Origin: an uncultured Bacteroidota bacterium
GTDB taxonomy: Bacteria; Bacteroidota; Bacteroidia; Bacteroidales; UBA12481
NCBI GenBank assembly: GCA_903919925.1
Contig: CAIXKO010000012.1
Location: 1-54,659, forward strand
DNA length: 54,659 nt
Reading direction: 5' to 3'
Numbering within the stretch: position 1 is the stretch's first letter; the number at the start of each line of letters is the position of its first letter. Positions 1-9,758 of this stretch are shown here, in pieces. The notes under the pieces are model-generated. The model searched no databases. It had not been told where the DNA came from and saw nothing but the letters and a program-made list of their open reading frames with translations. Both the position numbers and the translations under genes were made by a program.

Positions 1-31
1 ATTTCTTTCTGATTCAGGGTCTGCAACTGAA

Positions 32-1048
32 TTATTTCACTTCCCAGGTTGAGCCTGAATGTAAAAGGTCATGAATCGTGTGAATTTTACTCTTTTCATG
101 AATTATTTCGATCTGCTCTTCCATCTTAATATCATAAGATTTGGCAGCTTCACATGCTCTGATTACACCTAAAGCCACTGGGTAATTGGGATAGTCCATA
201 TTGGCAAGCAACAAATGAATACCGGCAAATTCCGTTTTAGCATCATGCACCAGAAGATCAGAAGCGGAAATTCCATCTTCGCCCAATTGAACAACATGGA
301 GCTCATTATCTTTCATCATCAACCCTTTGTCCTGATTTTTTCCAAATATCATCGGTTCACCATGTTTCAGCATAATGATACGATCATCGCGGTTATCTCG
401 ATCAGTGATGTCCCCAAAAGTTTGATCATTATATATGACGCAATTCTGTAAAACCTCGGTAATGGATGTTCCTTTGTGCTTCGCAGCTTCGAGAAGAATT
501 TCTGTCGAAATCTTAGGCATAGAATCAATCGTGCGCGCAAAAAAAGTACCGTTGGCACCAATCGTAATACCACCGGGCTTAAAGGGATGTTCTATTGTTC
601 CAAAAGGTGATGTTTTGGTAACAGAGCCTTGCCTGGATGTAGGAGAATATTGTCCTTTTGTTAAACCATAAATACGGTTATTAAACAGGATCAGGTTAAC
701 ATCGATGTCCCTCCGAACCAAATGTATAAAATGATTCCCTCCGATAGCCAACCCGTCTCCATCACCGGTAATAATCCAAACACTAAGATTTGGATTAGAT
801 GTTTTAACCCCGCTGGCCACTGCCATTGCACGTCCATGGATACCATGAAATCCATAAGTATTAACATAATATGGAAACCTCGATGAGCAACCGATCCCTG
901 ATACAAATACCACATCTTCATGTTTGTATCCGATCTGAGGGAGTGCTTTTAGTACAGAACTGAGAATGGCATGGTCGCCGCAGCCTGCACACCAGCGAAC
1001 CATCTGGTCGCTTTTAAAATCTTCTGCTTTCAATACTTTTACGTCCAT
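32..1048 (-). CDS. korB: 2-oxoacid:ferredoxin oxidoreductase beta subunit
   Basis: WCAGCGD, SGIGCSSR, HGIHGR and TPP-binding GDGD...NN motif; 3 bp downstream of the alpha subunit. Confidence 0.95.
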   Translation of the reverse strand: MDVKVLKAEDFKSDQMVRWCAGCGDHAILSSVLKALPQIGYKHEDVVFVSGIGCSSRFPYYVNTYGFHGIHGRAMAVASGVKTSNPNLSVWIITGDGDGLAIGGNHFIHLVRRDIDVNLILFNNRIYGLTKGQYSPTSRQGSVTKTSPFGTIEHPFKPGGITIGANGTFFARTIDSMPKISTEILLEAAKHKGTSITEVLQNCVIYNDQTFGDITDRDNRDDRIIMLKHGEPMIFGKNQDKGLMMKDNELHVVQLGEDGISASDLLVHDAKTEFAGIHLLLANMDYPNYPVALGVIRACEAAKSYDIKMEEQIEIIHEKSKIHTIHDLLHSGSTWEVK

Positions 1049-1051
1049 TCT

Positions 1052-2896
1052 TTAGTCCTCCAGGTTTTTAATTATCGCTTCTTTCAGGTCTTTTACCGTA
1101 AATGGTAACCCCATAATTTTATTGAACTTTCGGTAAGGATACTGCGGATGCTGCATCCTAAGGTAATTGGCAAATTGTCCGAGATTTATCTCGCAAACCA
1201 GTAGCTTCCTGAATCTTCCTAAAACATCGCTGGTATTCGTTGGCAACGGATAAATGTAGTTAAACTGGGCGAGTGCCACCTTGTACCCCTCGCGGCGAAC
1301 TTCGGTTAATGCGGTAACCAAATGTCCGTATGTCCCACCCCATCCAATGATCAAAAGATCAGCATCCTCATCACCAATAATTTCAAGCGGTGGAATCTGA
1401 GTAGCCACCTTTTGGATTTTATTCTCTCGAATATGACTCATCAATTCATGATTTTCTGGAACATAAGAAACAGTTCCGGTAATATTCATTTTTTCTAAAC
1501 TACCGAGCCGGTGCTCCATCCCGTGAGTTCCCGGAACAGCCCACGTTCTTACAAGCGTTTCAGGGTTGCGGGCGTATGGCTGCCAATTTATGGTGTCTGC
1601 CTGCACCCTTGGCACAATAATATCTGGAAAATCATTCATATCAGGAATCCTCCAAGGCTCCGATCCATTGGCAAGGAATCCATCGGTCAGGAGAATTACA
1701 GGAGTCATGTGCTCAACCGCAATTTTACAGGCCATATAGGCATAATCGAAACAATTCGACGGAGTGGATGCAGCAATAACCACAACCGGGCTTTCGCCGT
1801 TGCGGCCATACAATGCCTGCATTAAATCGGATTGCTCTGTTTTTGTCGGCAATCCTGTTGACGGACCACCACGTTGAACATCAACAATTACCAATGGAAG
1901 CTCAGTCATTACAGCCAATCCAATGGCTTCTCCCTTGAGAGCCAGCCCTGGGCCCGAAGTGGTTGTTACAGCTAACGAACCTGCAAAACTGGCTCCAATC
2001 GCAGTACATATCCCGGCAATTTCATCTTCGGCCTGAAAGGTTTTAACCCTAAGATCTTTATGGGCAGCAAGCTCCTCAAGAATACCCGTAGCCGGGGTTA
2101 TGGGGTACGAACCACAGTAAAGCTGAAGATCAGCTTTCTCAGCTGCAGCCATCATTCCCCAGGCAACAGCGGCATTGCCATTGATGCTCCGGTAGATTCC
2201 TTTCTCAATTTCCGCAGGTTTTACTTTGAAATTTGAGGTGAAAGCTTCAATGGTCTCTGCATAATAATAACCATCGTACAAAACCTTAGTATTGGCCTCA
2301 ACCAGAAGCGGTTTCTTGGCAAACTTTGTATTAAAAAAGTTTACAGCGTGGTCCAGTGGCCGGTCATAAAGCCAGCTTACTATTCCCAAAGCAAACATAT
2401 TCTTACATCGCAATATGGATTTCTGATCAAGCCCAATGTCTTTCAGGCTCTCTTTGGTAAGATTGCTGATCGGCGCTGAGATCACTTGAATACCGGTAAC
2501 ATCCTCTTCTTCAAAAGGATCACCTTTGTATCCGGCTTTCTCAATATTCTTGGCATCAAACTGGTCAGCATCATAAATGATAATACCATCTGGCTTAACC
2601 CATCTGAAATTTGCTTTAAGTGCGGCCGGATTCATTGCTACCAGCACATCACAATAATCACCAGGTGTATTGATCTGGGTATGACCAAAATGTACCTGGA
2701 AACCGGAAACTCCACCTACAGTTCCCTGTGGGGCCCTGATCTCTGCAGGATAATCCGGGAAAGTGGAGACATCATTACCGTAAAGTGCCGACGTATCGGA
2801 GAAAAGTGTGCCGGTAAGTTGCATACCGTCGCCGGAATCTCCAGAAAACCGAATGGCTACTTCTTCGATTTCAATGACTTTTGCCTGTTTACTCAT
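1052..2896 (-). CDS. korA: 2-oxoacid:ferredoxin oxidoreductase alpha subunit (fused gamma-alpha)
   Basis: FSGDSGDGMQL, YPAEIR, SYPITP, QAEDE, TSGPG and QRGGPSTGLPT motifs; substrate not determinable. Confidence 0.95.
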   Translation of the reverse strand: MSKQAKVIEIEEVAIRFSGDSGDGMQLTGTLFSDTSALYGNDVSTFPDYPAEIRAPQGTVGGVSGFQVHFGHTQINTPGDYCDVLVAMNPAALKANFRWVKPDGIIIYDADQFDAKNIEKAGYKGDPFEEEDVTGIQVISAPISNLTKESLKDIGLDQKSILRCKNMFALGIVSWLYDRPLDHAVNFFNTKFAKKPLLVEANTKVLYDGYYYAETIEAFTSNFKVKPAEIEKGIYRSINGNAAVAWGMMAAAEKADLQLYCGSYPITPATGILEELAAHKDLRVKTFQAEDEIAGICTAIGASFAGSLAVTTTSGPGLALKGEAIGLAVMTELPLVIVDVQRGGPSTGLPTKTEQSDLMQALYGRNGESPVVVIAASTPSNCFDYAYMACKIAVEHMTPVILLTDGFLANGSEPWRIPDMNDFPDIIVPRVQADTINWQPYARNPETLVRTWAVPGTHGMEHRLGSLEKMNITGTVSYVPENHELMSHIRENKIQKVATQIPPLEIIGDEDADLLIIGWGGTYGHLVTALTEVRREGYKVALAQFNYIYPLPTNTSDVLGRFRKLLVCEINLGQFANYLRMQHPQYPYRKFNKIMGLPFTVKDLKEAIIKNLED

Positions 2897-2937
2897 GACA
2901 AATTATTGTTGTTAGGAAAATTTAGGATATCAGGGTG

Positions 2938-2945
2938 CAAAAGTA
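2938..2945 (-). promoter_or_regulatory. Bacteroidota housekeeping -7 promoter element (TACTTTTG) for korAB
   Basis: Exact TAnnTTTG match on minus strand about 40 bp upstream of the korA start. Confidence 0.65.
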
Positions 2946-3055
2946 AACAGATTTATATAGGATAAAAAAGTTATTTTCAGATGTTGTTCGATATTACCTA
3001 TCTCAAGCCCGGTACTATCACCTATAAATCCTATCCCCTAAACCACAAGGATTCT

Positions 3056-3063
3056 TAATTTTG
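3056..3063 (+). promoter_or_regulatory. -7 promoter element (TAATTTTG) for the gamma-carbonic anhydrase gene
   Basis: Exact TAnnTTTG match about 30 bp before the start. Confidence 0.6.
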
Positions 3064-3092
3064 CCAATCATTATTACTAAAATTCGATGACT

Positions 3093-3611
3093 ATGGCGCT
3101 AATAAAATCAGTAAGAGGGTTTTCTCCAAAAATTGGCCAAGAATGCTATCTGGCTGAAACCGCAGTAATTATAGGTGATGTGGAAATTGGAGATGAATGC
3201 AGCATTTGGTTCGGAGCAGTGCTTCGTGGCGATGTTAATTCCATCCGCATTGGAAACAGAGTGAACATTCAGGATGGTGCAGTACTTCATACCCTTTATG
3301 AAAAATCTGTAGTCGACATTGGAAACTCCGTTACAGTGGGCCACAATGCAGTGATTCACGGAGCTAAAATTCATGATCGTGTGCTAATTGGAATTGGTGC
3401 CATAATTCTGGACAACGCTGTGATTGGGGAGAATTCTATCATAGCCGCCGGTGCACTTATAAAAGATTCTGAAATTGTTGAACCTAACAGTATTTATGCT
3501 GGTGTTCCAGCAAAAAAAGTAAAAGATATTGATCCAGGCCAAACCACCGGAATGATTGAGAAAATTGCCAACAACTACCTTTTCTACGCCGGTTGGTATC
3601 AGGAAGATTGA
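3093..3611 (+). CDS. gamma carbonic anhydrase family protein (YrdA/PaaY-like, left-handed beta-helix)
   Basis: Hexapeptide repeats, LRGD, NIQD, three Zn-binding His (VLHT, GHNAVIHG); alternative start at 3087. Confidence 0.92.
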   Translation: MALIKSVRGFSPKIGQECYLAETAVIIGDVEIGDECSIWFGAVLRGDVNSIRIGNRVNIQDGAVLHTLYEKSVVDIGNSVTVGHNAVIHGAKIHDRVLIGIGAIILDNAVIGENSIIAAGALIKDSEIVEPNSIYAGVPAKKVKDIDPGQTTGMIEKIANNYLFYAGWYQED

Positions 3612-3613
3612 TT

Positions 3614-4420
3614 TCAATCAGATGAAACTGATTCAACTAATTGATTAACTGCCCATTCGCCTCCGGCTAATTTGGTTAATACTTTAGTGAACTTTTCAAT
3701 GCTCCCGCTCGTGTAAAACTGCTGCCGTTTAACACCTGATGAATTAAGGTAATTATTTTGTTCAAGTACTTTCCGAGTCTGACGGGCAACCGCCGGCGCT
3801 GGATCAATAATTTGAATTCCCGCAGGTAAAATCTCCCGGATAACTGGAATCAGAAATGGGTAATGAGTGCACCCTAGCACTAGCTGATCGATCCCTTGAT
3901 CAACCATGGGCATCAGATATTGAGAAAGCAACCTCCTGGACTCAGGTGAATCAATCATGCCATTTTCAATGAGTTCAACCAGACCTGTGCCGGCTGCTTC
4001 ATGCAAATTCACTGATTTGGCATACAAACCAATGGATCGTCTGAAGTGTTCTCCCTTAAAAGTTTGGGCAGTTGCCAATATACCAACATGGCCAGTTTTA
4101 GAGGCAATGGCTGCAGGTTTTACGGCCGGTTCAACACCAATAAAGGGTATAGAAAACTCCCTTCGTAAAGTCGAAATTGATGCGCCAGTCGCAGTATTGC
4201 AAGCCACAACAATCAGTTTACAACCCTGAGCAACCAGAAACCTGGAAATAGCCCGGCATCGATTGGTAATGAACCTCCTGGATTTTGTCCCGTAAGGAGC
4301 ATTTGCTGAATCTGCAACGTAAATCATCGACTCTTCCGGAACCACTTTCGTCAATTCACGAAATACACTTAGTCCTCCGATTCCGGAATCAAAAACGCCG
4401 ATAGGTGCAGAATTATCCAT
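3614..4420 (-). CDS. murI: glutamate racemase
   Basis: IGVFDSGIGG, PYG, VACNTA and LGCTHYP motifs; start moved to MDNSAPIG (4420) because the upstream ATG lies inside a terminator hairpin. Confidence 0.96.
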   Translation of the reverse strand: MDNSAPIGVFDSGIGGLSVFRELTKVVPEESMIYVADSANAPYGTKSRRFITNRCRAISRFLVAQGCKLIVVACNTATGASISTLRREFSIPFIGVEPAVKPAAIASKTGHVGILATAQTFKGEHFRRSIGLYAKSVNLHEAAGTGLVELIENGMIDSPESRRLLSQYLMPMVDQGIDQLVLGCTHYPFLIPVIREILPAGIQIIDPAPAVARQTRKVLEQNNYLNSSGVKRQQFYTSGSIEKFTKVLTKLAGGEWAVNQLVESVSSD

Positions 4421-4453
4421 AAAAAAAATCCCTGCCATTAAAGCAAGGATTTT
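4421..4453 (-). terminator. intrinsic terminator after skp, directly abutting the murI ATG
   Basis: Minus strand reads AAAATCCTTGC-TTTAATG-GCAGGGATTTT TTTT ATG: hairpin with one G-U pair plus U8 tract. Confidence 0.75.
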
Positions 4454-4471
4454 AATAACGGGAAGTTCATT

Positions 4472-4993
4472 TTATTTAAGTCCCAGCTTGGCTTTAACAA
4501 GTGGTAAAACATTCAAAGATTCATCCTCTGGAAAGTAAAGGAGCCCACTTACAGTAGTATCCCAGATATAAGTGAATTTGTTAGCTTCAGCAACAGCCTT
4601 AATCGCCTTCTTCAATTTATCAAGAATAGGAGCCATCAGCTCGTTCTGCTTTTTGTCCAACTCCTGCTGCGCAACAGTTGCAAAATTTTGAATTTTACCC
4701 TGCATGTCAACCAATTCGGCTTCCTTGGCAGAACGAATGAAAGAGGATAAGGAGTCTTTCTGTTTTGTGTAAGTTTCCAGTAAATTATTATATACTACGT
4801 TCATCGATTCGTAGTTTTTCTTAATCTCAGCATCAAACTTTTCATAAACTTTGGCGGCACTGTCCCGCTCTGGCATTAACTGAAGAATTTCTTGCGAATT
4901 GATATGACCAATTTTTTGCTGTGCAAAAGAATAAGTTCCGCTCACGAGAATGAACATCAAACAAGCTACCAGAGTCAAAAGTAATTTTTTCAT
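4472..4993 (-). CDS. skp: OmpH/Skp periplasmic chaperone
   Basis: Signal peptide, QKIGHINSQEIL, long helical body, position downstream of bamA. Confidence 0.9.
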   Translation of the reverse strand: MKKLLLTLVACLMFILVSGTYSFAQQKIGHINSQEILQLMPERDSAAKVYEKFDAEIKKNYESMNVVYNNLLETYTKQKDSLSSFIRSAKEAELVDMQGKIQNFATVAQQELDKKQNELMAPILDKLKKAIKAVAEANKFTYIWDTTVSGLLYFPEDESLNVLPLVKAKLGLK

Positions 4994-5052
4994 TTTAAAT
5001 GATTAACAGTTAATATAGAACAACCTAATAATGTGTTACTTAAAACGGAGCA

Positions 5053-5060
5053 CAAAGATA
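5053..5060 (-). promoter_or_regulatory. internal -7 promoter element (TATCTTTG) for the distal skp
   Basis: Exact TAnnTTTG match in the 71-bp gap between the two skp genes. Confidence 0.55.
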
Positions 5061-5064
5061 GACA

Positions 5065-5580
5065 TTAATTTTGAATTCCCATCTTTTTCAAAACATCGTC
5101 ACTTTTATCAAACTTCGGGTCTGTAAAAAGCATAGTCGGACCAGCAGCTACATCAAAAATAATAGAATATCCACCCTCGGCGGCAAGGTCCTTGACAGCC
5201 GTAAAAACATCATCCTGAATGGGTTTAATTAACTCCGTGCGCTTTTTGTAAAGCAACCCCTCTGGTGCAAAATACTTTTTTTGCAGATCCTTAACATCCT
5301 TCTCCTTCTGCATTATTTCCTCTTCCCGCTTGGTCCTCATTTCTTCAGTCAGCAAAATCCGCTCTGCCTGGTAATCTTTATACAGCTTTTCAATGTCCGT
5401 CCGCTTGGCCTCAATCTCCTTTTGCCACTCCTCCGAAAACTTATCCACTTGCTTCTGAGCTGCATCATATGCTGGTACACGGCCCAAAATATAATCCGTA
5501 TTGACGTATGCAAACTTCTGGCTAAACCCTAGTGAAACACCAATAATCAGTAATCCTGCTGTGAATAATATCTTTTTCAT
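5065..5580 (-). CDS. skp: OmpH/Skp periplasmic chaperone
   Basis: Signal peptide MKKILF..., QKFAYVNTDYIL, LIKPIQD; start moved from 5598 to ATG 5580. Confidence 0.92.
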   Translation of the reverse strand: MKKILFTAGLLIIGVSLGFSQKFAYVNTDYILGRVPAYDAAQKQVDKFSEEWQKEIEAKRTDIEKLYKDYQAERILLTEEMRTKREEEIMQKEKDVKDLQKKYFAPEGLLYKKRTELIKPIQDDVFTAVKDLAAEGGYSIIFDVAAGPTMLFTDPKFDKSDDVLKKMGIQN

Positions 5581-5604
5581 AACCTTAAAAATTTTCAAAT
5601 TCCT

Positions 5605-5620
5605 TCAATTTTCGTACCAA
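5605..5620 (-). promoter_or_regulatory. candidate sigma54 (-24/-12) promoter upstream of skp
   Basis: TTGGTACG-AAAA-TTGA versus consensus TGGCACG-N4-TTGC, correct spacing, 25 bp before the ATG. Confidence 0.45.
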
Positions 5621-5694
5621 CGTACCGTTAAGAAAGATAATTCTCGGACCTCTCTGCGGTATCTTGTTGAACTCCTTGTCTATCCATTTCAAAT

Positions 5695-8193
5695 CTATAA
5701 TTGTGGGCCCAGTACAAAATGGAACTGACTGTGGTTTTTACCAGTTGTACCCGGGATTTCATCAAATCCATAACCCCAGTCAACGCCCATCAACCCAAAC
5801 ATAGGAAGGTAAATTCTGACACCTACCCCTGCTGCCCGCTTCATATCAAATGGATTGAACTCCTTAAACTCATACCATGCATTTCCAGCTTCGAAAAACA
5901 CAAGTGCAAATAATGTTGCATTAGGATTCAACGAAATCGGGAAACGCATCTCTGTTGTGAATTTGGTATAAAGATTTGCACCATTAGCAGGTGTCAATGA
6001 TCCGTTGGCATAACCTCTCATGGCTATAATATCGCGGCCATAATAACTATAACCCATCATACCGTCGCCCCCAACTTCAAAATTCTCAAACGGTGACCTG
6101 GCATATTTATTATAATAACCTAGATAACCAAACTCGGCTTTGGTTGCCAAAACAAAATCACGGGTTTCTCCATCTTTGTCACCACCAATCGACCAAAGCT
6201 TGGTAAACCAGGAAGACTTAAATGTCCATTTATGATATTCAATCCACTTGTACCGCTCAGTTGCTGTGAGAGTGCTATAATCCCTGCCATTGATTAGGGA
6301 ATAAGGTGGCGTGATCTGAAGATTCAAAGTAAAAGTAGATCCCATCCTTGGATAGATAATCTGATCAGTTGAACTTCTACCAAAGGTGCTCGTAAAACTA
6401 AAATTGTTGCTCACCCCGTTCTTGATGACAAAGTAGGACCAATCGTCCAGTAAATAACGCTGAAATGATAATTGATTAAACAAGGTGAAATAATCGTCCG
6501 GCCAGCTAAGTCTCCGGCCAATCCCAACGGATGCACCGCTGATCTTCATTGATTGATTCAACGGATCAGAAGTCTGCCTACCGTTCGTTTGTATGGTATG
6601 ATATAAAGAGACTGATAAAGAATTCGGTTTTTTACCTCCCAGCCAGGGCTCCACAAAAGAGGCACTATACGATTGATAATACTTACCGTTCGATTGGGCT
6701 CTGATGCTCAGGTTTTGTCCATCACCCGACGGAAGGGGCCTCCATGCAGACTTCTTGAAAAAGTTCCGCGCTGAGAAATTACCAAACTTAACCCCAAGAG
6801 TACCAATCACCATTCCGGCTCCCCACCCTCCCGATATCTCAATCTGGTCATTTGCACGCTCAACTAACTTGTATTCAATATCAACAGTTCCATCAAGCTG
6901 GTTGGGGATTGGAACAGGCTGTATCTTCTCAGGATCAAAAAACCCAAGCTGCGATAATTCCCTTACTGACCGGATCACAGCAGCCCTGTTAAAAAGGTCG
7001 CCTGGGTTTGTACGGATCTCACGTCGGATTACATGTTCATTGGTTCGATCATTACCTGTGATGATGACTTTATTAATACGTGCCACCTGCCCCTCATGAA
7101 TAACTATCTGAAGGTCAATGGAATCACCTTCTACGTTAACTTCTTGCTGCTGAGCATCATAAAACAAATAACCAAAGTTCATATAAGCATTCCCAACAGC
7201 ATCAGGATCATTCCTTAATCGATTCTCCAGAACCGCCTGATCATAAACGGCACCCTTTTTTATCTTTAATTCGTTTGAGAGTTGCTCACTGGTATACTTA
7301 ACATTGCCAGCCCAGGTGATGTTTCTGAAAAAATACTGCTTGCCTTCCTCAATACGAATCACTAATCCAACCGTCCCATCCGTGTTGTGATAAAGTGAAT
7401 CCTTTACGATCCTGGCATCTCTGTAACCTAACGTATTGTATTTGGCAATGATCGCCTCCTTATCATCTTTGAAGTTGCTCTCTAAATACTTGGATGCTTT
7501 AAAAATGTTATACCAGGTTTTTTGCTTGGTCTCCTTCATTGCCTTCCTCAGCTTCTTTTCCGGTATAACGGTTACATTCTCAAATCTAATCTCCCTGATT
7601 TTTACCTTTTGTTTTTTATCGACATTAATATCGAGAACTGCGGAATTTTGCAATGCAGAGTCTGCCTTCTGAGTAATTTTTACCACAGTATTCAAATAAC
7701 CCTTATCAATAAAATGCTCTTTCGCTAAAAACTCTGTTCTGGAGAGCGTATAGGGTGTCACCAGGTTACCTCTTACCAACTTAACCTTCTCTTTAAGATC
7801 ATCAGCCTCCTGCTTGTTCACTCCTGAAAATGAAAACCGGGTTAGTCTGGGCATCTCCTGAAGATAGATATCAAGGAAAATCTGATCATTTTCAATTTTG
7901 GTAGCTGTTATTCTCACATCTGAAAAAAGCTGCTGATCCCACAATTTCTGAATCGCTGCCGGGATTGCCTCTCCAGGAACCGTTATGGTTTTCCCAATAT
8001 CTAACCCTGAAAATTGCAGCAAGACATTTTGTGTCAAATACTTTACGCCGGAAACGGTTACGCCACCAATTTGATAATCATGGGGAGTTTTTGCAAAATC
8101 AAGAATCCGCACTGGCTTTTTGGATATCTCCTGGTTATAAGCCAAAACAGTGGAAAGGATAAGGACAACAGATAGTATTAATCTTTTTATCAT
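5695..8193 (-). CDS. bamA: outer membrane protein assembly factor BamA
   Basis: POTRA repeats (ITGNDRTNEHVIRRE), MRGY loop-6 motif, C-terminal barrel strands (GVDWGYGFD...FHFVLG). Confidence 0.96.
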   Translation of the reverse strand: MIKRLILSVVLILSTVLAYNQEISKKPVRILDFAKTPHDYQIGGVTVSGVKYLTQNVLLQFSGLDIGKTITVPGEAIPAAIQKLWDQQLFSDVRITATKIENDQIFLDIYLQEMPRLTRFSFSGVNKQEADDLKEKVKLVRGNLVTPYTLSRTEFLAKEHFIDKGYLNTVVKITQKADSALQNSAVLDINVDKKQKVKIREIRFENVTVIPEKKLRKAMKETKQKTWYNIFKASKYLESNFKDDKEAIIAKYNTLGYRDARIVKDSLYHNTDGTVGLVIRIEEGKQYFFRNITWAGNVKYTSEQLSNELKIKKGAVYDQAVLENRLRNDPDAVGNAYMNFGYLFYDAQQQEVNVEGDSIDLQIVIHEGQVARINKVIITGNDRTNEHVIRREIRTNPGDLFNRAAVIRSVRELSQLGFFDPEKIQPVPIPNQLDGTVDIEYKLVERANDQIEISGGWGAGMVIGTLGVKFGNFSARNFFKKSAWRPLPSGDGQNLSIRAQSNGKYYQSYSASFVEPWLGGKKPNSLSVSLYHTIQTNGRQTSDPLNQSMKISGASVGIGRRLSWPDDYFTLFNQLSFQRYLLDDWSYFVIKNGVSNNFSFTSTFGRSSTDQIIYPRMGSTFTLNLQITPPYSLINGRDYSTLTATERYKWIEYHKWTFKSSWFTKLWSIGGDKDGETRDFVLATKAEFGYLGYYNKYARSPFENFEVGGDGMMGYSYYGRDIIAMRGYANGSLTPANGANLYTKFTTEMRFPISLNPNATLFALVFFEAGNAWYEFKEFNPFDMKRAAGVGVRIYLPMFGLMGVDWGYGFDEIPGTTGKNHSQFHFVLGPQL

Positions 8194-8209
8194 ACTAATT
8201 TTTCAGATG

Positions 8210-8947
8210 TTATAATTGTTCGCTGGTTTTGCCAAACCGTCGTTCGCGGTTCTGATAATCTAATAAGGCTTCGTAATAATCTTCAGCTCTGAAATCAGGC
8301 CAAAGCTTTGATGTGAAATACAATTCTGTGTATGCCGATTGGTATAATAAGAAATTGCTGATGCGGTATTCACCACTCGTTCTGATCAAGAGTTCCGGAT
8401 CTGGAATTCCGGCCGTTTGAAGATAACTCTCAAACAACTCAGGGTTCATTTCTTCAGGTAACAGCTTCCCGGCAATCGCATCCTGAATAATCTTACGCGC
8501 CGCCAGGATTATCTCATGCCTCGAACTGTAAGATAGCGCAAGTATCACCGTAAGCCCGGTGTTAGCTGAAGTTGCCTGAACCAGTTGATTCAGCTCCCTG
8601 CGGGTATTCTCAGGAAGTTTCGTCAAATCACCAATAGTAAGCAAACGGATGTTATTCTCCAGTAACTTTTTGGTTTCCTTTTTAATAGTGGATACTAGAA
8701 GGCCCATAAGAGCATCTATCTCCTCTAGAGGCCGGCCCCAGTTTTCAGTGCTGAATGCGTAAAGTGTTACGAATTTGATTCCAAGTTCAGCACTTGCTTT
8801 TACTACATCATCTACCGGTGTAACTCCATTCTGATGGCCGAAAATTCGTGCAGCTCCTTTCCGAATGGCCCATCTTCCGTTACCGTCCATGATGATCGCA
8901 ACATGATTCGGCAATTTATCCTTGATTAGCTTCTCCTTCAGACTCAT
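8210..8947 (-). CDS. uppS: undecaprenyl diphosphate synthase (isoprenyl transferase)
   Basis: HVAIIMDGNGRWA, FSTENW, RTSGEYRISNFLLYQ, RRFG. Confidence 0.97.
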   Translation of the reverse strand: MSLKEKLIKDKLPNHVAIIMDGNGRWAIRKGAARIFGHQNGVTPVDDVVKASAELGIKFVTLYAFSTENWGRPLEEIDALMGLLVSTIKKETKKLLENNIRLLTIGDLTKLPENTRRELNQLVQATSANTGLTVILALSYSSRHEIILAARKIIQDAIAGKLLPEEMNPELFESYLQTAGIPDPELLIRTSGEYRISNFLLYQSAYTELYFTSKLWPDFRAEDYYEALLDYQNRERRFGKTSEQL

Positions 8948-9624
8948 TTGAGTTTTTTGCGTTCGTTATCGTAAAACGGACAGGTTCTGCAATAGTTACT
9001 GACCATATAGCCAACAGTAACCCCAATATGCGACCTCCAGTTAGATAATAAATTGTTGTATTCCGGCTTTGGCAGTGACCCGTATGGAAGCGCTCCATAA
9101 TAGTCAAGCTGATAGCCCTTCCTGATCGCCCACTCAACGCCAAGAGTCAGATTGGGTGTTGCATTGTATCTTACTCCAACGTTAAAAGGAATCCTGATGT
9201 TCCTGATCATGAAATTGGTCATTTTGGCATTAGGAATATTGGGAACTGCTTTTAGCAATTGTAAATCAATAAGATAACTCAATCCAACAGAGATATAGGA
9301 GGAAACTAGCTTCTTTTCACGCTTCGGACTAAGAGGGTGAAAATTAAACTCAAACAGTCCAAAAGCATCAACCAAATTGGGATTCATCGTGAACCGGTCG
9401 AATCCCATATTTACACCTCCCCGCCATGAATAACGCTCATTCATACTATAACGATAGTAACCTCCGGCAGCATATCCAAATCCGCTGGTATCCGGTATTG
9501 GCAAAATCGAAAAATCACCATGCGACTCAGTCATCCCAAGGAATAATCCATAGTCGTAACTCTTCTGAGCTTTCGCTCCGATCACGATAAACAAAAACCC
9601 TATGATTACAAATGCTTTCCTCAT
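8944..9624 (-). CDS. DUF6089/PorG-like outer-membrane beta-barrel protein
   Basis: Signal peptide, alternating amphipathic strands, C-terminal CxxC; occupies the position upstream of uppS-bamA-skp typical of porG in Bacteroidota. Confidence 0.65.
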   Translation of the reverse strand: MRKAFVIIGFLFIVIGAKAQKSYDYGLFLGMTESHGDFSILPIPDTSGFGYAAGGYYRYSMNERYSWRGGVNMGFDRFTMNPNLVDAFGLFEFNFHPLSPKREKKLVSSYISVGLSYLIDLQLLKAVPNIPNAKMTNFMIRNIRIPFNVGVRYNATPNLTLGVEWAIRKGYQLDYYGALPYGSLPKPEYNNLLSNWRSHIGVTVGYMVSNYCRTCPFYDNERKKLK

Positions 9625-9681
9625 TATTGGTTATTTGCAAGTGGCACCTTATATAATCCCCTTACAATAACTGCCAAAGCG

Positions 9682-9689
9682 CAAATATA
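9682..9689 (-). promoter_or_regulatory. -7 promoter element (TATATTTG) for the porG-like/uppS/bamA operon
   Basis: Exact TAnnTTTG match about 58 bp upstream of the start at 9624. Confidence 0.65.
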
Positions 9690-9758
9690 GTATAAAATAC
9701 AAAGGTTTTTGCCGTCCTTAAATTGATGGATATAAAAGATTGAATACTAATCTATTGA

